Below, piece by piece: positions 17,774 through 27,265 of a stretch of DNA of 64,000 nt. Under the pieces are notes generated by a model, which searched no databases, was not told the origin of the DNA, and saw nothing but the letters and a program-made list of their open reading frames with translations. Source of the DNA: Chloroflexota bacterium (GTDB taxonomy: Bacteria > Chloroflexota > Limnocylindria > P2-11E); NCBI GenBank assembly GCA_038040345.1, contig JBBPIQ010000001.1, forward strand, positions 645,927 through 709,926, given 5' to 3'. The position numbers were made by a program, and so were the translations under genes. Positions within the stretch are counted from its first letter, which is position 1. Each line of letters begins with the position of its first letter.

Positions 17774-18836
17774 GCTCTGGCTCGTCCGCCCATTCGCGAT
17801 CGGATGCGGGCGCGACCGGCTCGATCCGCTCCGTGATCTCGCGATCGAGCATCGCTTTCACCACGAGACGGCTCACGAACCGTCCAATGACGCTGGCAAG
17901 CTCCTCGTCCGCTTCCTCATAGCGCTGCCGCGCTCGGCCGAGCACGAGGGCGCCGAGGCTTCGCGTGCGATCGGCGAGCGGCACGACGATGAGCTCCCGC
18001 GTCTCCGCCGGGACCCACGGACGAAGTGCGCCGTGTCCGATCCGGACGAGTCGCTGCTGATGGAGCGCCTGCGCGAGCGCGTCGTGCTCCAACGCGTCCA
18101 TCTGCTCGAAGCGAAGGTTCTCGCGTGGCCTCGCCGCGGAGAGCTCGAGAGCACCGTCGGGTGCGAACAACCAGACTTGCGCGAGGTCGTGATCGAGCGC
18201 GCTGGTGAGCAGGACGGTCACGTCCTGCAGCGTCTCGAGAAGACCCTCACCGAATAGAGAGAGGCGCGCGAGCTCGTACAGCGCGAACGCCTGGCGACGA
18301 TGCGCCTCGTCGCGCTCCGCTGCGGTCTCGCGAGCGAGCTCGAGAGAGACGAGCTCGGACACGCCCGCTGCGGTGAGCGCGTCCGCCGCGGCGAAGGAAC
18401 GCCCAACCCGCAGCGCGACGAGCACGCCGCTCTGGCCTTCGGTCGCGACGAGTGGAGCGATCATCGCCGTGGCCGCCACGCGGTCATCGGCCAGGCGGAC
18501 CGTCGTCTGCGTCTGAACCGTCGCGCCGTTCCGCCGTGTCTCTTCAACGGCCGCGCGTGTCGCATCGTCAGCGAGAGGATCGTCGACGAGGTTGTATCCC
18601 TTGCGGCGCGCCGTGCTGTCGACGATGAACATCAGCGCGTCGTACTGACCGATCGTCGCGAGTGCCGCGAGCCTGATGGACCATTCGTCGGCGTCGCTTG
18701 CGATCTCGCGCCTTGTAGCGATCGACGGACTGAGCAAACGGCTGACGACCGATGGCATCGCTGATTCCTGCCGAACGATGCGGTCGCCGGCGGCGCGGAA
18801 GGACTTGGCCGCCCTTGGCTCCCTGATCGCACTCAC
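17760..18836 (-). CDS. GAF-domain protein (putative signalling/regulatory)
   Basis: Two GAF-like segments. No output domain is recognisable. The start may be the internal Met at 18758. The product is noticeably Ala/Arg/Leu-rich. Confidence 0.5.
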   Translation of the reverse strand: MSAIREPRAAKSFRAAGDRIVRQESAMPSVVSRLLSPSIATRREIASDADEWSIRLAALATIGQYDALMFIVDSTARRKGYNLVDDPLADDATRAAVEETRRNGATVQTQTTVRLADDRVAATAMIAPLVATEGQSGVLVALRVGRSFAAADALTAAGVSELVSLELARETAAERDEAHRRQAFALYELARLSLFGEGLLETLQDVTVLLTSALDHDLAQVWLFAPDGALELSAARPRENLRFEQMDALEHDALAQALHQQRLVRIGHGALRPWVPAETRELIVVPLADRTRSLGALVLGRARQRYEEADEELASVIGRFVSRLVVKAMLDREITERIEPVAPASDREWADEPELTRS

Positions 18837-18979
18837 CTCGATCTTTGTTGCGCGCGAGATGTCACCGACGCGTGCTGGGGAGCATCAGCATCGGGGCGCG
18901 CGGGGTCGGTCGTCAAACGACGGTTATGTCTCTGCATCGTCTTTGCGCGAGGTTTGATGCCGCCGATCGGACGTGCTCG

Positions 18980-19972
18980 ATGAAAATGCGACCCATGGCA
19001 CGCGGGACGCTCTTCGCGGTCGCGCCGTTCGCACTCGTCGCCGCACTCGCGATGGGTGTGGCGCTCGTAGGATTCGTCGTGAGCCCGCGTGCTCCATCCG
19101 AACCGGCCGGATTGGCGACAACGGCATCCCCGACCGAAGTCGCGATCTCGGCGACTCCCGAGGCGACGGCGTCACCGAGCTCTGCTCCATCAACCGCTGC
19201 GGCGACGATGGGTCCGAAGTCGAACGACTCGGCCGAGATGCTCCGTGTGCACAACGAGCTTCGCGCCGCGATCGGCGCGCCGGCGGTGCGCGGCGACGAC
19301 CGCGTGACGGCAGCGGCGCAGCGCCACGCGGAGTACCTCGCGCGCGCCGGCGCCATCGGGCACGACGAGACAGCGGGGCAGCCCGGGTTCACAGGCGCGT
19401 CCGTTCGCGATCGCCTGGCCGCTCAGGGCTACGCCGACGCGACAGCGAGCGAGGTGGCGGCATCGTCCGACTCCGGGACCGAGGACGTGCACTTTCTCTG
19501 GGATCTTCCGTACCACCGCCTCGGGCTCATGCATCCGCACGCGGCGATCGCGGGATGGGGCCACGCCGAGATCGGTGGCCACACCGCGACGGTCGGCGTC
19601 CTCGTGTTCGACTTCGGGGCCGCCGCACCCGAACGCGTGCGGTCGCCCGCGGCGGGCCAGCGCGTGACGGGATCGTGGGCCGGCGACGAGACCCCCGATG
19701 CGCTCCCCACGGGCGCGGCCCGCCCGGTCGGATACCCGGTGATGATCGTGTACTCGCGCGCGCCGTCCGTCGATCTGAAGAGCGCGAAGCTGACCGATGC
19801 GAGCGGACGCGACGTCGCGGTGTCGGTCGTCCCGCAGATCTACGAGCGCGACTACGCCGGCATCGTGCCGACGGCCCCTCTGGCCGCTGGCGGGCGTTAT
19901 CGCGTGCGGTTCGAGCTCACGGTCGCGGGGAGCGATGTCGTGGACGAGTGGGAGTTCGAGACCGAGCCCTAG
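18980..19972 (+). CDS. secreted CAP-domain (SCP/PR-1-like) protein
   Basis: N-terminal TM/signal segment, a Ser/Thr/Ala-rich linker, then a CAP core (MLRVHNELRAA...AAAQRHAEYLARAGAIGHDE...HRLGLMHP). Confidence 0.65.
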   Translation: MKMRPMARGTLFAVAPFALVAALAMGVALVGFVVSPRAPSEPAGLATTASPTEVAISATPEATASPSSAPSTAAATMGPKSNDSAEMLRVHNELRAAIGAPAVRGDDRVTAAAQRHAEYLARAGAIGHDETAGQPGFTGASVRDRLAAQGYADATASEVAASSDSGTEDVHFLWDLPYHRLGLMHPHAAIAGWGHAEIGGHTATVGVLVFDFGAAAPERVRSPAAGQRVTGSWAGDETPDALPTGAARPVGYPVMIVYSRAPSVDLKSAKLTDASGRDVAVSVVPQIYERDYAGIVPTAPLAAGGRYRVRFELTVAGSDVVDEWEFETEP

Positions 19973-20631
19973 CGGGTAGGGAGCGTCGCGGGACGACCGA
20001 TGTACGGCAGCTTTTCCCCGACCGCGAGGATCACGGGAACGATTCGACTCTGGAGCAGCTCGGGCCGCACCTTCTGCTCGTAGAAGCCGAGTGCGCTATC
20101 GGCCTGCGACAGCTGATCGCCAGACAGGGGCCCCTTTGCGGCCGCGCTCTCCAGGAGGGCCTGGAGCATGGTCGGACTGGCGAATACGGAGAGGGTCGGG
20201 TTCGCTTTGGCCATCGTCTGAAGCGCGACGATCTCCTGTGTGCCGATGGCCGCCTTGCCGTGCAGCGGGTCGAGCCAGGCGTCCAGGGTGAGCGTTCCCA
20301 GCAACGCGACGTAGAGGGCGACCGCCGCCGTCGCCATGCCGATGGGTATGCCGAGCACCTTGTCGATCTTCTGCAATAGACCGAAACGGTGGATCAGACC
20401 GGCAATGAACATCCCGATGCGGGCGAACAGCGTCGCGCCAAGCCCGAGCGCGATCGCGCCGGCCCCGAGCCCCACCGAACCGGACGGAACCGATCCATTG
20501 AAGGGACCGGCGAAGAGGAAGGCGATCGAGAAGAGCGCGCCACCGGCAGCCACCAGCGGTAGGACGAAGCCCTTGGAGAATCCGATGAGAGCGCCAAGGA
20601 GGATGAAGCCCACGATCGCGATGTCTGCCAC
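19969..20631 (-). CDS. CvpA-family membrane protein
   Basis: Four N-terminal transmembrane helices plus a C-terminal soluble region; this layout resembles colicin V production protein CvpA. Confidence 0.65.
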   Translation of the reverse strand: MADIAIVGFILLGALIGFSKGFVLPLVAAGGALFSIAFLFAGPFNGSVPSGSVGLGAGAIALGLGATLFARIGMFIAGLIHRFGLLQKIDKVLGIPIGMATAAVALYVALLGTLTLDAWLDPLHGKAAIGTQEIVALQTMAKANPTLSVFASPTMLQALLESAAAKGPLSGDQLSQADSALGFYEQKVRPELLQSRIVPVILAVGEKLPYIGRPATLPTR

Positions 20632-20660
20632 GGCCGGAGTTTAGGCGGCCGATTCAGCGC

Positions 20661-21587
20661 TCAGGTGCCGGATAGCTCCTTGACGACCGGTGCGAGCTCC
20701 TCAACGTGCGGCCCGCGTACGCAGAAGTAGGTGATGCCGGTCTCGCGCCGCACGCGAAGGATGTGTTCGCGTACCTGGTCGAGCGTCCCAATAGGGCGAT
20801 AGACGGACGACCCGACCACCGCCGGATCGGCCTTCGCCTTCTCGGCGAACTCGGCGATCGTCTTGTCCCGGTCATCGGTGAGCGCGACGTCGAGGAAGCA
20901 GCTCAGCTCGATCTCTTCGAAGCGTCGGCCGGCGGCCTGGCGAACGATGTCGAGCTGCCTGCGCACGCCCGCGGCCGCGACGTCGTCGGGCGCGGGCGGC
21001 CGAACTCCCGCACCGGGCGGGATGACCGCGACGATCTCGGCCTCGCGTCCGGCGAGCTCGAGTATTTGCGGACCGCCGGCCGCGATGAGGATCGGAGGCC
21101 GCGGCTGTTGCACGGTCTTTGGCCGGCACTCCGACTTCACCGTCCGGTAGTACGTCCCCTCGAAGCTCACCTCATCCTCGGTGAAGACGCGCTTCATCAG
21201 CGTCACCGCTTCGGCGAGACGCGCGACGCGGACGCGGCCCCGCTCGAACGGAATGCCCGTGCTCTGGTAATCGCGGTCGAACCAGCCCGCTCCGAGCCCG
21301 ATCTCGACGCGTCCGTTCGAGATGATGTCGAGCGTCGCGAACTCGCGCGCAAGCACGACGGGGTTGCGGAAGTCGTTGTCCAGCACGAGGTTGCCGAGGC
21401 GGAGCGTGGTCGTGACCGCTGCCGCCGCGCCGAGCGCCGGCATGTTGCTCCACGCGCCGCCCACCATGTGATCGGGCATTGAGAGCGTTGCGTAACCCAT
21501 GCCTTCGATGCGCTTCGCGCGCGCCAGCCAATCCGCACCCGTCGGCTGCCCGCCGCTCTGTGTCGAGAATCGGATCTTTCGTGTCAC
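20661..21587 (-). CDS. luciferase-like monooxygenase (LLM) class flavin/F420-dependent oxidoreductase
   Basis: TIM-barrel LLM motifs (GRVEIGLGAGW, ILIAAGGPQ). Confidence 0.75.
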   Translation of the reverse strand: MTRKIRFSTQSGGQPTGADWLARAKRIEGMGYATLSMPDHMVGGAWSNMPALGAAAAVTTTLRLGNLVLDNDFRNPVVLAREFATLDIISNGRVEIGLGAGWFDRDYQSTGIPFERGRVRVARLAEAVTLMKRVFTEDEVSFEGTYYRTVKSECRPKTVQQPRPPILIAAGGPQILELAGREAEIVAVIPPGAGVRPPAPDDVAAAGVRRQLDIVRQAAGRRFEEIELSCFLDVALTDDRDKTIAEFAEKAKADPAVVGSSVYRPIGTLDQVREHILRVRRETGITYFCVRGPHVEELAPVVKELSGT

Positions 21588-21597
21588 GACGCCGAGC

Positions 21598-22689
21598 CTA
21601 CGTTCTCATGAATTCCGCGAGGAGTCGGTGGAAATGGTGCACGCCGCCTTCGCGGGCTGGGGAGTATCGGCCGCGGTCGTAGAGGCGCGAGCGCACGCCG
21701 CGCTGGACCGACTCGACGACCGCCTCGTCCTCGCGCTCCACGCGATCGAGACCAGCGCCCGCGCCGGTCTCGCGCTTTGTCGCGTCCCACACGAACGGGA
21801 GGAACGAGACACGCGTGCGGTCGACGGCCAGGGGCGTGACGACGTTCACTGACACGCCCCACGGGTAGACGTTGAACATCGTCGTCGGGAAGAGCCAGTA
21901 GTAGTAGGCAGCGACGGCGCGCCCGCGATCGGGGTGGGACTGCGGAAGCGCGAACGCGGGCTCGCCGGGCTTCGCGATCCCGAGCTGCACGACCGAATAG
22001 CGCTCTAGCTCGACGGCGTACTCGCCGTAGTCGAGGGTCGTCGCGAGACTCGAGTGCACGTACGGGATGTGGAAGCCCTCGAGGTAGTTGTCGAGGTACA
22101 GAGCCCAGTTCGCGTTCACGAAGTAATCGCGCGCGCCGCCGGCGTCATAGACGAGCTCAGCGAACGGCAGCGTCTCGAGCCGCGTGCGCATCGGTGAGAC
22201 GAGGTCGTCGAACGGCATCGCGGGAGCGAGCGACACCATGAGGAAGCGCGTCCACGTCCCGAGCGACACCGGCGGCAAGTCGTCCGACGGCGATGGAAAG
22301 TTCGCCGTCTGCTCGAACTCGGGCATCGAGTGAAAGCGGCCGTCGAGCGTGAAGCGGCGGCCGTGGTACCGGCAGCGCAGCTGCTGCTCGTGACCCGGGC
22401 CCTCGACGACGAGCGTCCCGCGATGCGTGCACACGTTCGAAACGCAGTGGACCTGATCCGTCTGATCTCGCGTGAGCAGAAGCGGCTCGTCGAGCGCGCC
22501 GGGGAGCAGCGTGAACGGATGGACCTGGCCGGCGACCTTCACGAGGTCGTCGTGACCGGCGTAGTGCCACGTGCGCGCGAAGAGACGATCGCGCTGGAGC
22601 CGGAAGATCTCGGGATCGGAGTAGACGCGCGCTGGAAGCGTGCGCGCCACGCGGATGTCGGGGTCGATCTCGAACAGCGCATCGCCCAT
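21598..22689 (-). CDS. Rieske [2Fe-2S] non-heme-iron oxygenase alpha-subunit-like protein
   Basis: Rieske motif CSNVCTHRG...CRYHGRRF, followed by a catalytic-domain-like C-terminus. Confidence 0.8.
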   Translation of the reverse strand: MGDALFEIDPDIRVARTLPARVYSDPEIFRLQRDRLFARTWHYAGHDDLVKVAGQVHPFTLLPGALDEPLLLTRDQTDQVHCVSNVCTHRGTLVVEGPGHEQQLRCRYHGRRFTLDGRFHSMPEFEQTANFPSPSDDLPPVSLGTWTRFLMVSLAPAMPFDDLVSPMRTRLETLPFAELVYDAGGARDYFVNANWALYLDNYLEGFHIPYVHSSLATTLDYGEYAVELERYSVVQLGIAKPGEPAFALPQSHPDRGRAVAAYYYWLFPTTMFNVYPWGVSVNVVTPLAVDRTRVSFLPFVWDATKRETGAGAGLDRVEREDEAVVESVQRGVRSRLYDRGRYSPAREGGVHHFHRLLAEFMRT

Positions 22690-22700
22690 CGCGGGCGATG

Positions 22701-23951
22701 CTAGCTATTGGCTCTGGCCACCCTCGCGAGCGTCGACACGAGCTCGAGCTGATCGCGAAGATCGCGAGTGATCAGGAAGTTCTCGCGCACGTGCTCGCGT
22801 CCCGCGGCGGCCATGCGCTTACGGAGCGCGGGATCGCGCAAGAGGTCGAGGCACCGTGCGGCGCACTCCTGGGGGCTCGTCACGAGATACCCGGAGACGC
22901 CGTCCTGGATCTGGATGACGATGCCGCCGACCTTGCCCGCGACGACCGGTATTCCCTTCCAGAGCGCTTCGGCGACGACGAGGCCGAATCCTTCGCGCAG
23001 CGACTTCTGGATCACGATCTCCGACGCGCGCTGGAACGCGTTCACCTCGCGGTCCTTGACGCCGTCGAGATTCGTGAAGAGGAAGACATCGGGGTCCCCG
23101 CCCGCGTGCTTCTTCGTACGGTCGAAGTACTCCTGGCCCTCGGGATCGTCGTCGGCGAGCGAGCCGATCATCACGAGCTGGACGGCGGGCACCTCTTTCT
23201 TGACGAGGCGGTACGCGTCGATGACGCCGAGAGGGTCCTTCCATGGATCGAAGCGCGAGACCTGCAGAAGGATCGGCCGGGCCGGATCCACGCGGAACTT
23301 CCGGACGACCTCACGCGCTTCGTCGATCGGCATGTCGCGGTTCTTCTCGGAGAACGGGTCGATCGTCGGCGCCTGGATGAGCACCTTCTGCTTGAGGTCA
23401 GGTCGCACGAACCCCGGCATCGTCCAGATCGACGCGTCGTGCTCTTCCACGAACGGCTTGAGGAAAGACCACACCGGTTGATGCGCGGCCGTGAGATCGA
23501 TGTGGCAGCGCCATACCCATCCGGCCCGGTCGGGATCCTTTGCGAAGTGGCGGAGCGCCACCGCTTGCGGGTCGTGCGCGAGGACGACGTCGGCGTCGGT
23601 GAGCTGCGCTGCGTTCTCTCGCGCGACGTCGAGGAAGAGCTTCTTCTCCGTGTCCGAGAGGTCGAGCTTCATTCCCTGGAGCGCGTTATGGATCTTCTTG
23701 GTGATGTCGTAGAACGCGGCCGGCGCGTCGAGGACGGCCCAGTGCGCGTCCACGCCCGCATCCCTGAGGAGCGGGACGAGGTTTTGTAAAATCTCCGCGA
23801 CTCCACCGCCGTATGCGGTCGCGTTGATGTGGAGCATGCTGCGGCCCTTCGCGGCCTTCGCGAGCGTTCGCAGCTGCTCGTACCGCTCGTCGCCGATGAC
23901 CTTGGCGTAGTCGGCAAGGCGCTTGTTGGCGGTAATCGGTACCGCGTGCAC
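22701..23951 (-). CDS. GT4 glycosyltransferase, TreT-like (NDP-glucose-dependent trehalose synthase family)
   Basis: N-terminus HINATAYGGGVAEILQNLVPLLRDAGVDAHWAV, and C-terminal GT-B motifs EGFGLVVAEALWKGIPVVAGKVGG. These match trehalose glycosyltransferring synthase-type GT4 enzymes. Confidence 0.7.
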   Translation of the reverse strand: MHAVPITANKRLADYAKVIGDERYEQLRTLAKAAKGRSMLHINATAYGGGVAEILQNLVPLLRDAGVDAHWAVLDAPAAFYDITKKIHNALQGMKLDLSDTEKKLFLDVARENAAQLTDADVVLAHDPQAVALRHFAKDPDRAGWVWRCHIDLTAAHQPVWSFLKPFVEEHDASIWTMPGFVRPDLKQKVLIQAPTIDPFSEKNRDMPIDEAREVVRKFRVDPARPILLQVSRFDPWKDPLGVIDAYRLVKKEVPAVQLVMIGSLADDDPEGQEYFDRTKKHAGGDPDVFLFTNLDGVKDREVNAFQRASEIVIQKSLREGFGLVVAEALWKGIPVVAGKVGGIVIQIQDGVSGYLVTSPQECAARCLDLLRDPALRKRMAAAGREHVRENFLITRDLRDQLELVSTLARVARANS

Positions 23952-24827
23952 CTATTTGATCGAGCCGGCGAGGAGGCCCTGCACGAAGTAGCGCTGCAGG
24001 CTGAAGAACACGATCAGCGGGACGATCATCAAGAGGAAGGCGCCCGCCGCGAGGAGGTGCCACTCGGTGCCGTACTGGCTGAGCAGGTTCTGGATCGCTC
24101 GGGTCATCGGGTACTTCTCCGAGTCCTGCACGAAGACGAGGGCCATGAGCAGATCGTTCCAGACCCACAGGAACTGGAAGATTCCGTAGGCGGCGATGGC
24201 TGGGACCGACACCGGCACCACGATCTGGCTGAAGACTCGGAAATCCGAGGCGCCATCGATGCGCGCGGCTTCGATCATGTCCGGTGGCAACGTGATGAAG
24301 AAGTTGCGCAGCAGGAAAATGCCGAAGGGCAACGCGAAGGCGGTGTGCGCGAGCCACACGGCGACATAGCCCCGTGTGAGCTGGAGGTCGGGCACCAGGT
24401 TTGTCGCCGTCGTGAGCAACGGGATGAAGGCGACCTGCACCGGCACCAGCAGGAACGCGATCACGATGAGGAAGAGGGTGTCACGGAATGGGAACCGGAC
24501 CCACGAGAAGGCGAATGCGGCGAGAGCGCAGATGGCGATGGGAAGCACGGTCGACGGCACCGCGATGAAGACGGTGTTCACGAAGGCTTGGAGCATCCCC
24601 TGCGCTTCGAGCACCTGTCTGTAGTTGTCGAGCGTGAGGTGCAAGTTGAAGATGTCCCACCACCCGGTCGCCTGGATGTCGGACCGCGGCCGGAACGAAG
24701 TCACCAGGAGTCCGAGCGTCGGGACCAGCCAGAAGACCCCGACGAGCCCGAGGACGACGTGGATCACCGATCGGTTGAGAGCCGCGACCGCGCGCCCGGC
24801 GGGTGTCCGCGGGCGCGAGCCGGCCAT
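23952..24827 (-). CDS. carbohydrate ABC transporter permease (MalG-like)
   Basis: EAA loop AARIDGASDFRVFSQIVVPVS. ATG 24825-24827 (minus) was checked in the sequence. The N-terminal half of the 549-aa track ORF is antisense junk. Confidence 0.85.
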   Translation of the reverse strand: MAGSRPRTPAGRAVAALNRSVIHVVLGLVGVFWLVPTLGLLVTSFRPRSDIQATGWWDIFNLHLTLDNYRQVLEAQGMLQAFVNTVFIAVPSTVLPIAICALAAFAFSWVRFPFRDTLFLIVIAFLLVPVQVAFIPLLTTATNLVPDLQLTRGYVAVWLAHTAFALPFGIFLLRNFFITLPPDMIEAARIDGASDFRVFSQIVVPVSVPAIAAYGIFQFLWVWNDLLMALVFVQDSEKYPMTRAIQNLLSQYGTEWHLLAAGAFLLMIVPLIVFFSLQRYFVQGLLAGSIK

Positions 24828-24844
24828 GGCTTCGGCGAGGACGC

Positions 24845-25822
24845 TCACGTTACGTTTGCCGTTCGGAAGCGCCGAACGTTGTAGATCATGATCGGGATCA
24901 GCACGACGAGCATGACGACCGCGACCGCCGAGCCGTAGCCATATTGCCCGGCCTGGAACGCCTGCTGGTACATCGTGAACGCGATCACCCGGCTGGCCTT
25001 GCCGGGTCCGCCCGCAGTCATCACGTAGATGAGGTCGAAAAGTTTGATGACGTTGACGACGAGCGTGACGCCCAGCACCGAGATGGGGAGGCTGACCATC
25101 GGCAGGATCATCCGGAAGAAGATCTGCCGCTCGTTCGCCCCTTCGACCCGGGCTGACTCGATGACCTCCGCCGGGATGCTCTTCACGGCCGCCGAGAGGA
25201 TGACGGTCGCGAATCCGACCGATCCCCAGATGCCCACGGCGATGAGCGCGAAGTTCACGAGATTCTCGTCGCCCAGCCAGGCGACCGGCGACACGCCGAA
25301 GTTCCCGAGTACCGCGTTGAGGAGGCCGATGTTCGCGTCGGGCGAATACACGAACTTCCAGATCACAGCGAGGGCCGTCGCCGAGATCGCCATCGGGATG
25401 AAGACGATCGCTTTGATGACCGACTCGTAGCGGACCCGCGCCGCCACGACCGCGATGATCAGCCCCAGAAAGATGACGATGCTCGTGTAGAAGACGATCC
25501 AGAGGACGTTGTTCCAGAGCGCTCCTGACGGCGGGAACGTCGACAAGTTGATGAAGTCCGGATCGGTGAACAGGCGGACGTAGTTGTCCAGACCGACCCA
25601 CTCCGAGAAGACACCACCACGCCCGCGGTTGAAGCTCAGCAGGATCGTGTAGAGGGACGGGTACAAGAGGAAGACGACGAGGAGGATCGCGGCGGGGAGA
25701 AGGAACAGGACGGCGGCTACATAGTTCGGTCCCTCAGGTGTGCGCGCACGACGCACCGCCGTGCGGTCTCGAGCCGGTACCGCGGTGCGCACGAGATCCA
25801 GTGGTGTTGGCGCGATCCCCAT
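24845..25822 (-). CDS. carbohydrate ABC transporter permease (MalF-like)
   Basis: EAA loop SARVEGANERQIFFRMILP, six transmembrane helices. Confidence 0.85.
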   Translation of the reverse strand: MGIAPTPLDLVRTAVPARDRTAVRRARTPEGPNYVAAVLFLLPAAILLVVFLLYPSLYTILLSFNRGRGGVFSEWVGLDNYVRLFTDPDFINLSTFPPSGALWNNVLWIVFYTSIVIFLGLIIAVVAARVRYESVIKAIVFIPMAISATALAVIWKFVYSPDANIGLLNAVLGNFGVSPVAWLGDENLVNFALIAVGIWGSVGFATVILSAAVKSIPAEVIESARVEGANERQIFFRMILPMVSLPISVLGVTLVVNVIKLFDLIYVMTAGGPGKASRVIAFTMYQQAFQAGQYGYGSAVAVVMLVVLIPIMIYNVRRFRTANVT

Positions 25823-25901
25823 CTATCTCCGTCCGTAGTGGAGCGGATGGGCCATGTCTTGAGGCCCACCCGCTCCGTTGATTTCTAGGTCACGCGCCTG
25901 G

Positions 25902-27197
25902 TCATTTCTCCGCTTTCCACTTTGCCTGCATTCGCGTTTCGAAACCCGCCCAGTCGACGGTTTTGCCGCGGAGCGCGTCCTGTAGCGCGGCGCCCATGTC
26001 GTCGCCGCCGCCAGATGGAAGCAGGTCGGAACCGTCGAAGCGGACCGCGGAGGCATTCGCTACCTGAGCCGCCTCGCGCTTGGCGAGATCGTTCGGATAC
26101 GCGGTGGCTGGAACGGACTTGACGGGCGAGATGATCGCGCCGGTTCCGGCCCAGACCCCGCCGGCCTCAGCCGTTGTCATGTACTGGAGGAATTCCTTGA
26201 CGCCGGGCTTGGTCGTGAAGGCGGCGATCACGTCGCCTCCGATGGTCACCGACTTGTTGCTGTTGATCGACGGGAAGTCGAACCAGTCGATCGTGTCGCC
26301 GACCTTCAACGCGGTGTTGGTCTGCCCGGTGGCGATGCCGCCCACGAATCCGCCTTCGTAGTAGACGACCGCCTGGGGGTTCGTGCTGAACACCTGGCCG
26401 ATCCCGTCCGTGAAGGTGCGTCCCAGGGCGGCTGTGACGCCGCCTGCGACGTACTGGTCCGAGAGGGCTTGCTTCATCGTGTCGATGGCCGTCGCGACGG
26501 ACGCGTCGGTCCACGGAAGCGTGCCGCTGAAGAGCTTGTCGTATTTGTCCGGGCCGGCCTGCCGGACGTAGATGCTCTCGAACCAGTCGGTGAGCGTCCA
26601 CGAGTCACCCGCACCGAGTCCGAGCGGCGTCTGGCCTTTGGCCTTGATGTCGGCGAGGAGCTTCGTGAAACCGGCGAAGTCCGTCGGCGCCGTGACGCCG
26701 AATGTCTTGAACTTATCCGGTCGGAACCACACCGTGCTCTTGCTGTTGAACTTCACCATGATCGCGTACTGGGTCCCGTCGACCTGACCGATCTCAAGAA
26801 TTCCCGGTGGGTAGTTCGACTTGAGGGCGTTCACGTCGACGCCGAGGTCGGCCACCTTCTTGAGCGACCCTTGACGCGCGAACTGCCGGAGGAAGCCAAT
26901 CCCCGGGATGATGGCGACGTCAGGCGGATTGCCGCCCGAGATGCGCGTCTGAAGGGTCGTTGCGTAGTCCGCGCGGATCGATTCGTATTTCGCGGTCACG
27001 CCCGTCTTCGTCTTGAAGGCGTCGAGCACTTTCTGGAAGTTGTCCTGCTCGCTGGCGCCCCAGAGCGACATGACGTTGATCGTGCTGCCGGATGCCCCTG
27101 TCCCGGGCGCGTTCCCGCCCGACGAACAGGCGGTCGCCACCAGTAGGGCGACAAAGGCAAGGATGGCTAGAGGTCTCATAGATCGCGCCATTGACAC
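25902..27197 (-). CDS. carbohydrate ABC transporter substrate-binding lipoprotein (maltose/trehalose-type family 1 SBP)
   Basis: Lipobox LLVATAC. The fold resembles MalE-like SBPs. Confidence 0.85.
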   Translation of the reverse strand: MSMARSMRPLAILAFVALLVATACSSGGNAPGTGASGSTINVMSLWGASEQDNFQKVLDAFKTKTGVTAKYESIRADYATTLQTRISGGNPPDVAIIPGIGFLRQFARQGSLKKVADLGVDVNALKSNYPPGILEIGQVDGTQYAIMVKFNSKSTVWFRPDKFKTFGVTAPTDFAGFTKLLADIKAKGQTPLGLGAGDSWTLTDWFESIYVRQAGPDKYDKLFSGTLPWTDASVATAIDTMKQALSDQYVAGGVTAALGRTFTDGIGQVFSTNPQAVVYYEGGFVGGIATGQTNTALKVGDTIDWFDFPSINSNKSVTIGGDVIAAFTTKPGVKEFLQYMTTAEAGGVWAGTGAIISPVKSVPATAYPNDLAKREAAQVANASAVRFDGSDLLPSGGGDDMGAALQDALRGKTVDWAGFETRMQAKWKAEK

Positions 27198-27265
27198 ACC
27201 TCCCCGTGCGGTTGGGTAACAGTATCGCTCCGCGTGGGACCGCGTTTTCGGCGACAGTACGCGCG

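Noticed and set aside
23952-25601. 549-aa minus-strand track ORF
   Set aside because: It is a read-through fusion. Only the C-terminal 291 aa (23952-24827) is the MalG-like permease. The upstream part is antisense or wrong-frame sequence overlapping the MalF-like gene.
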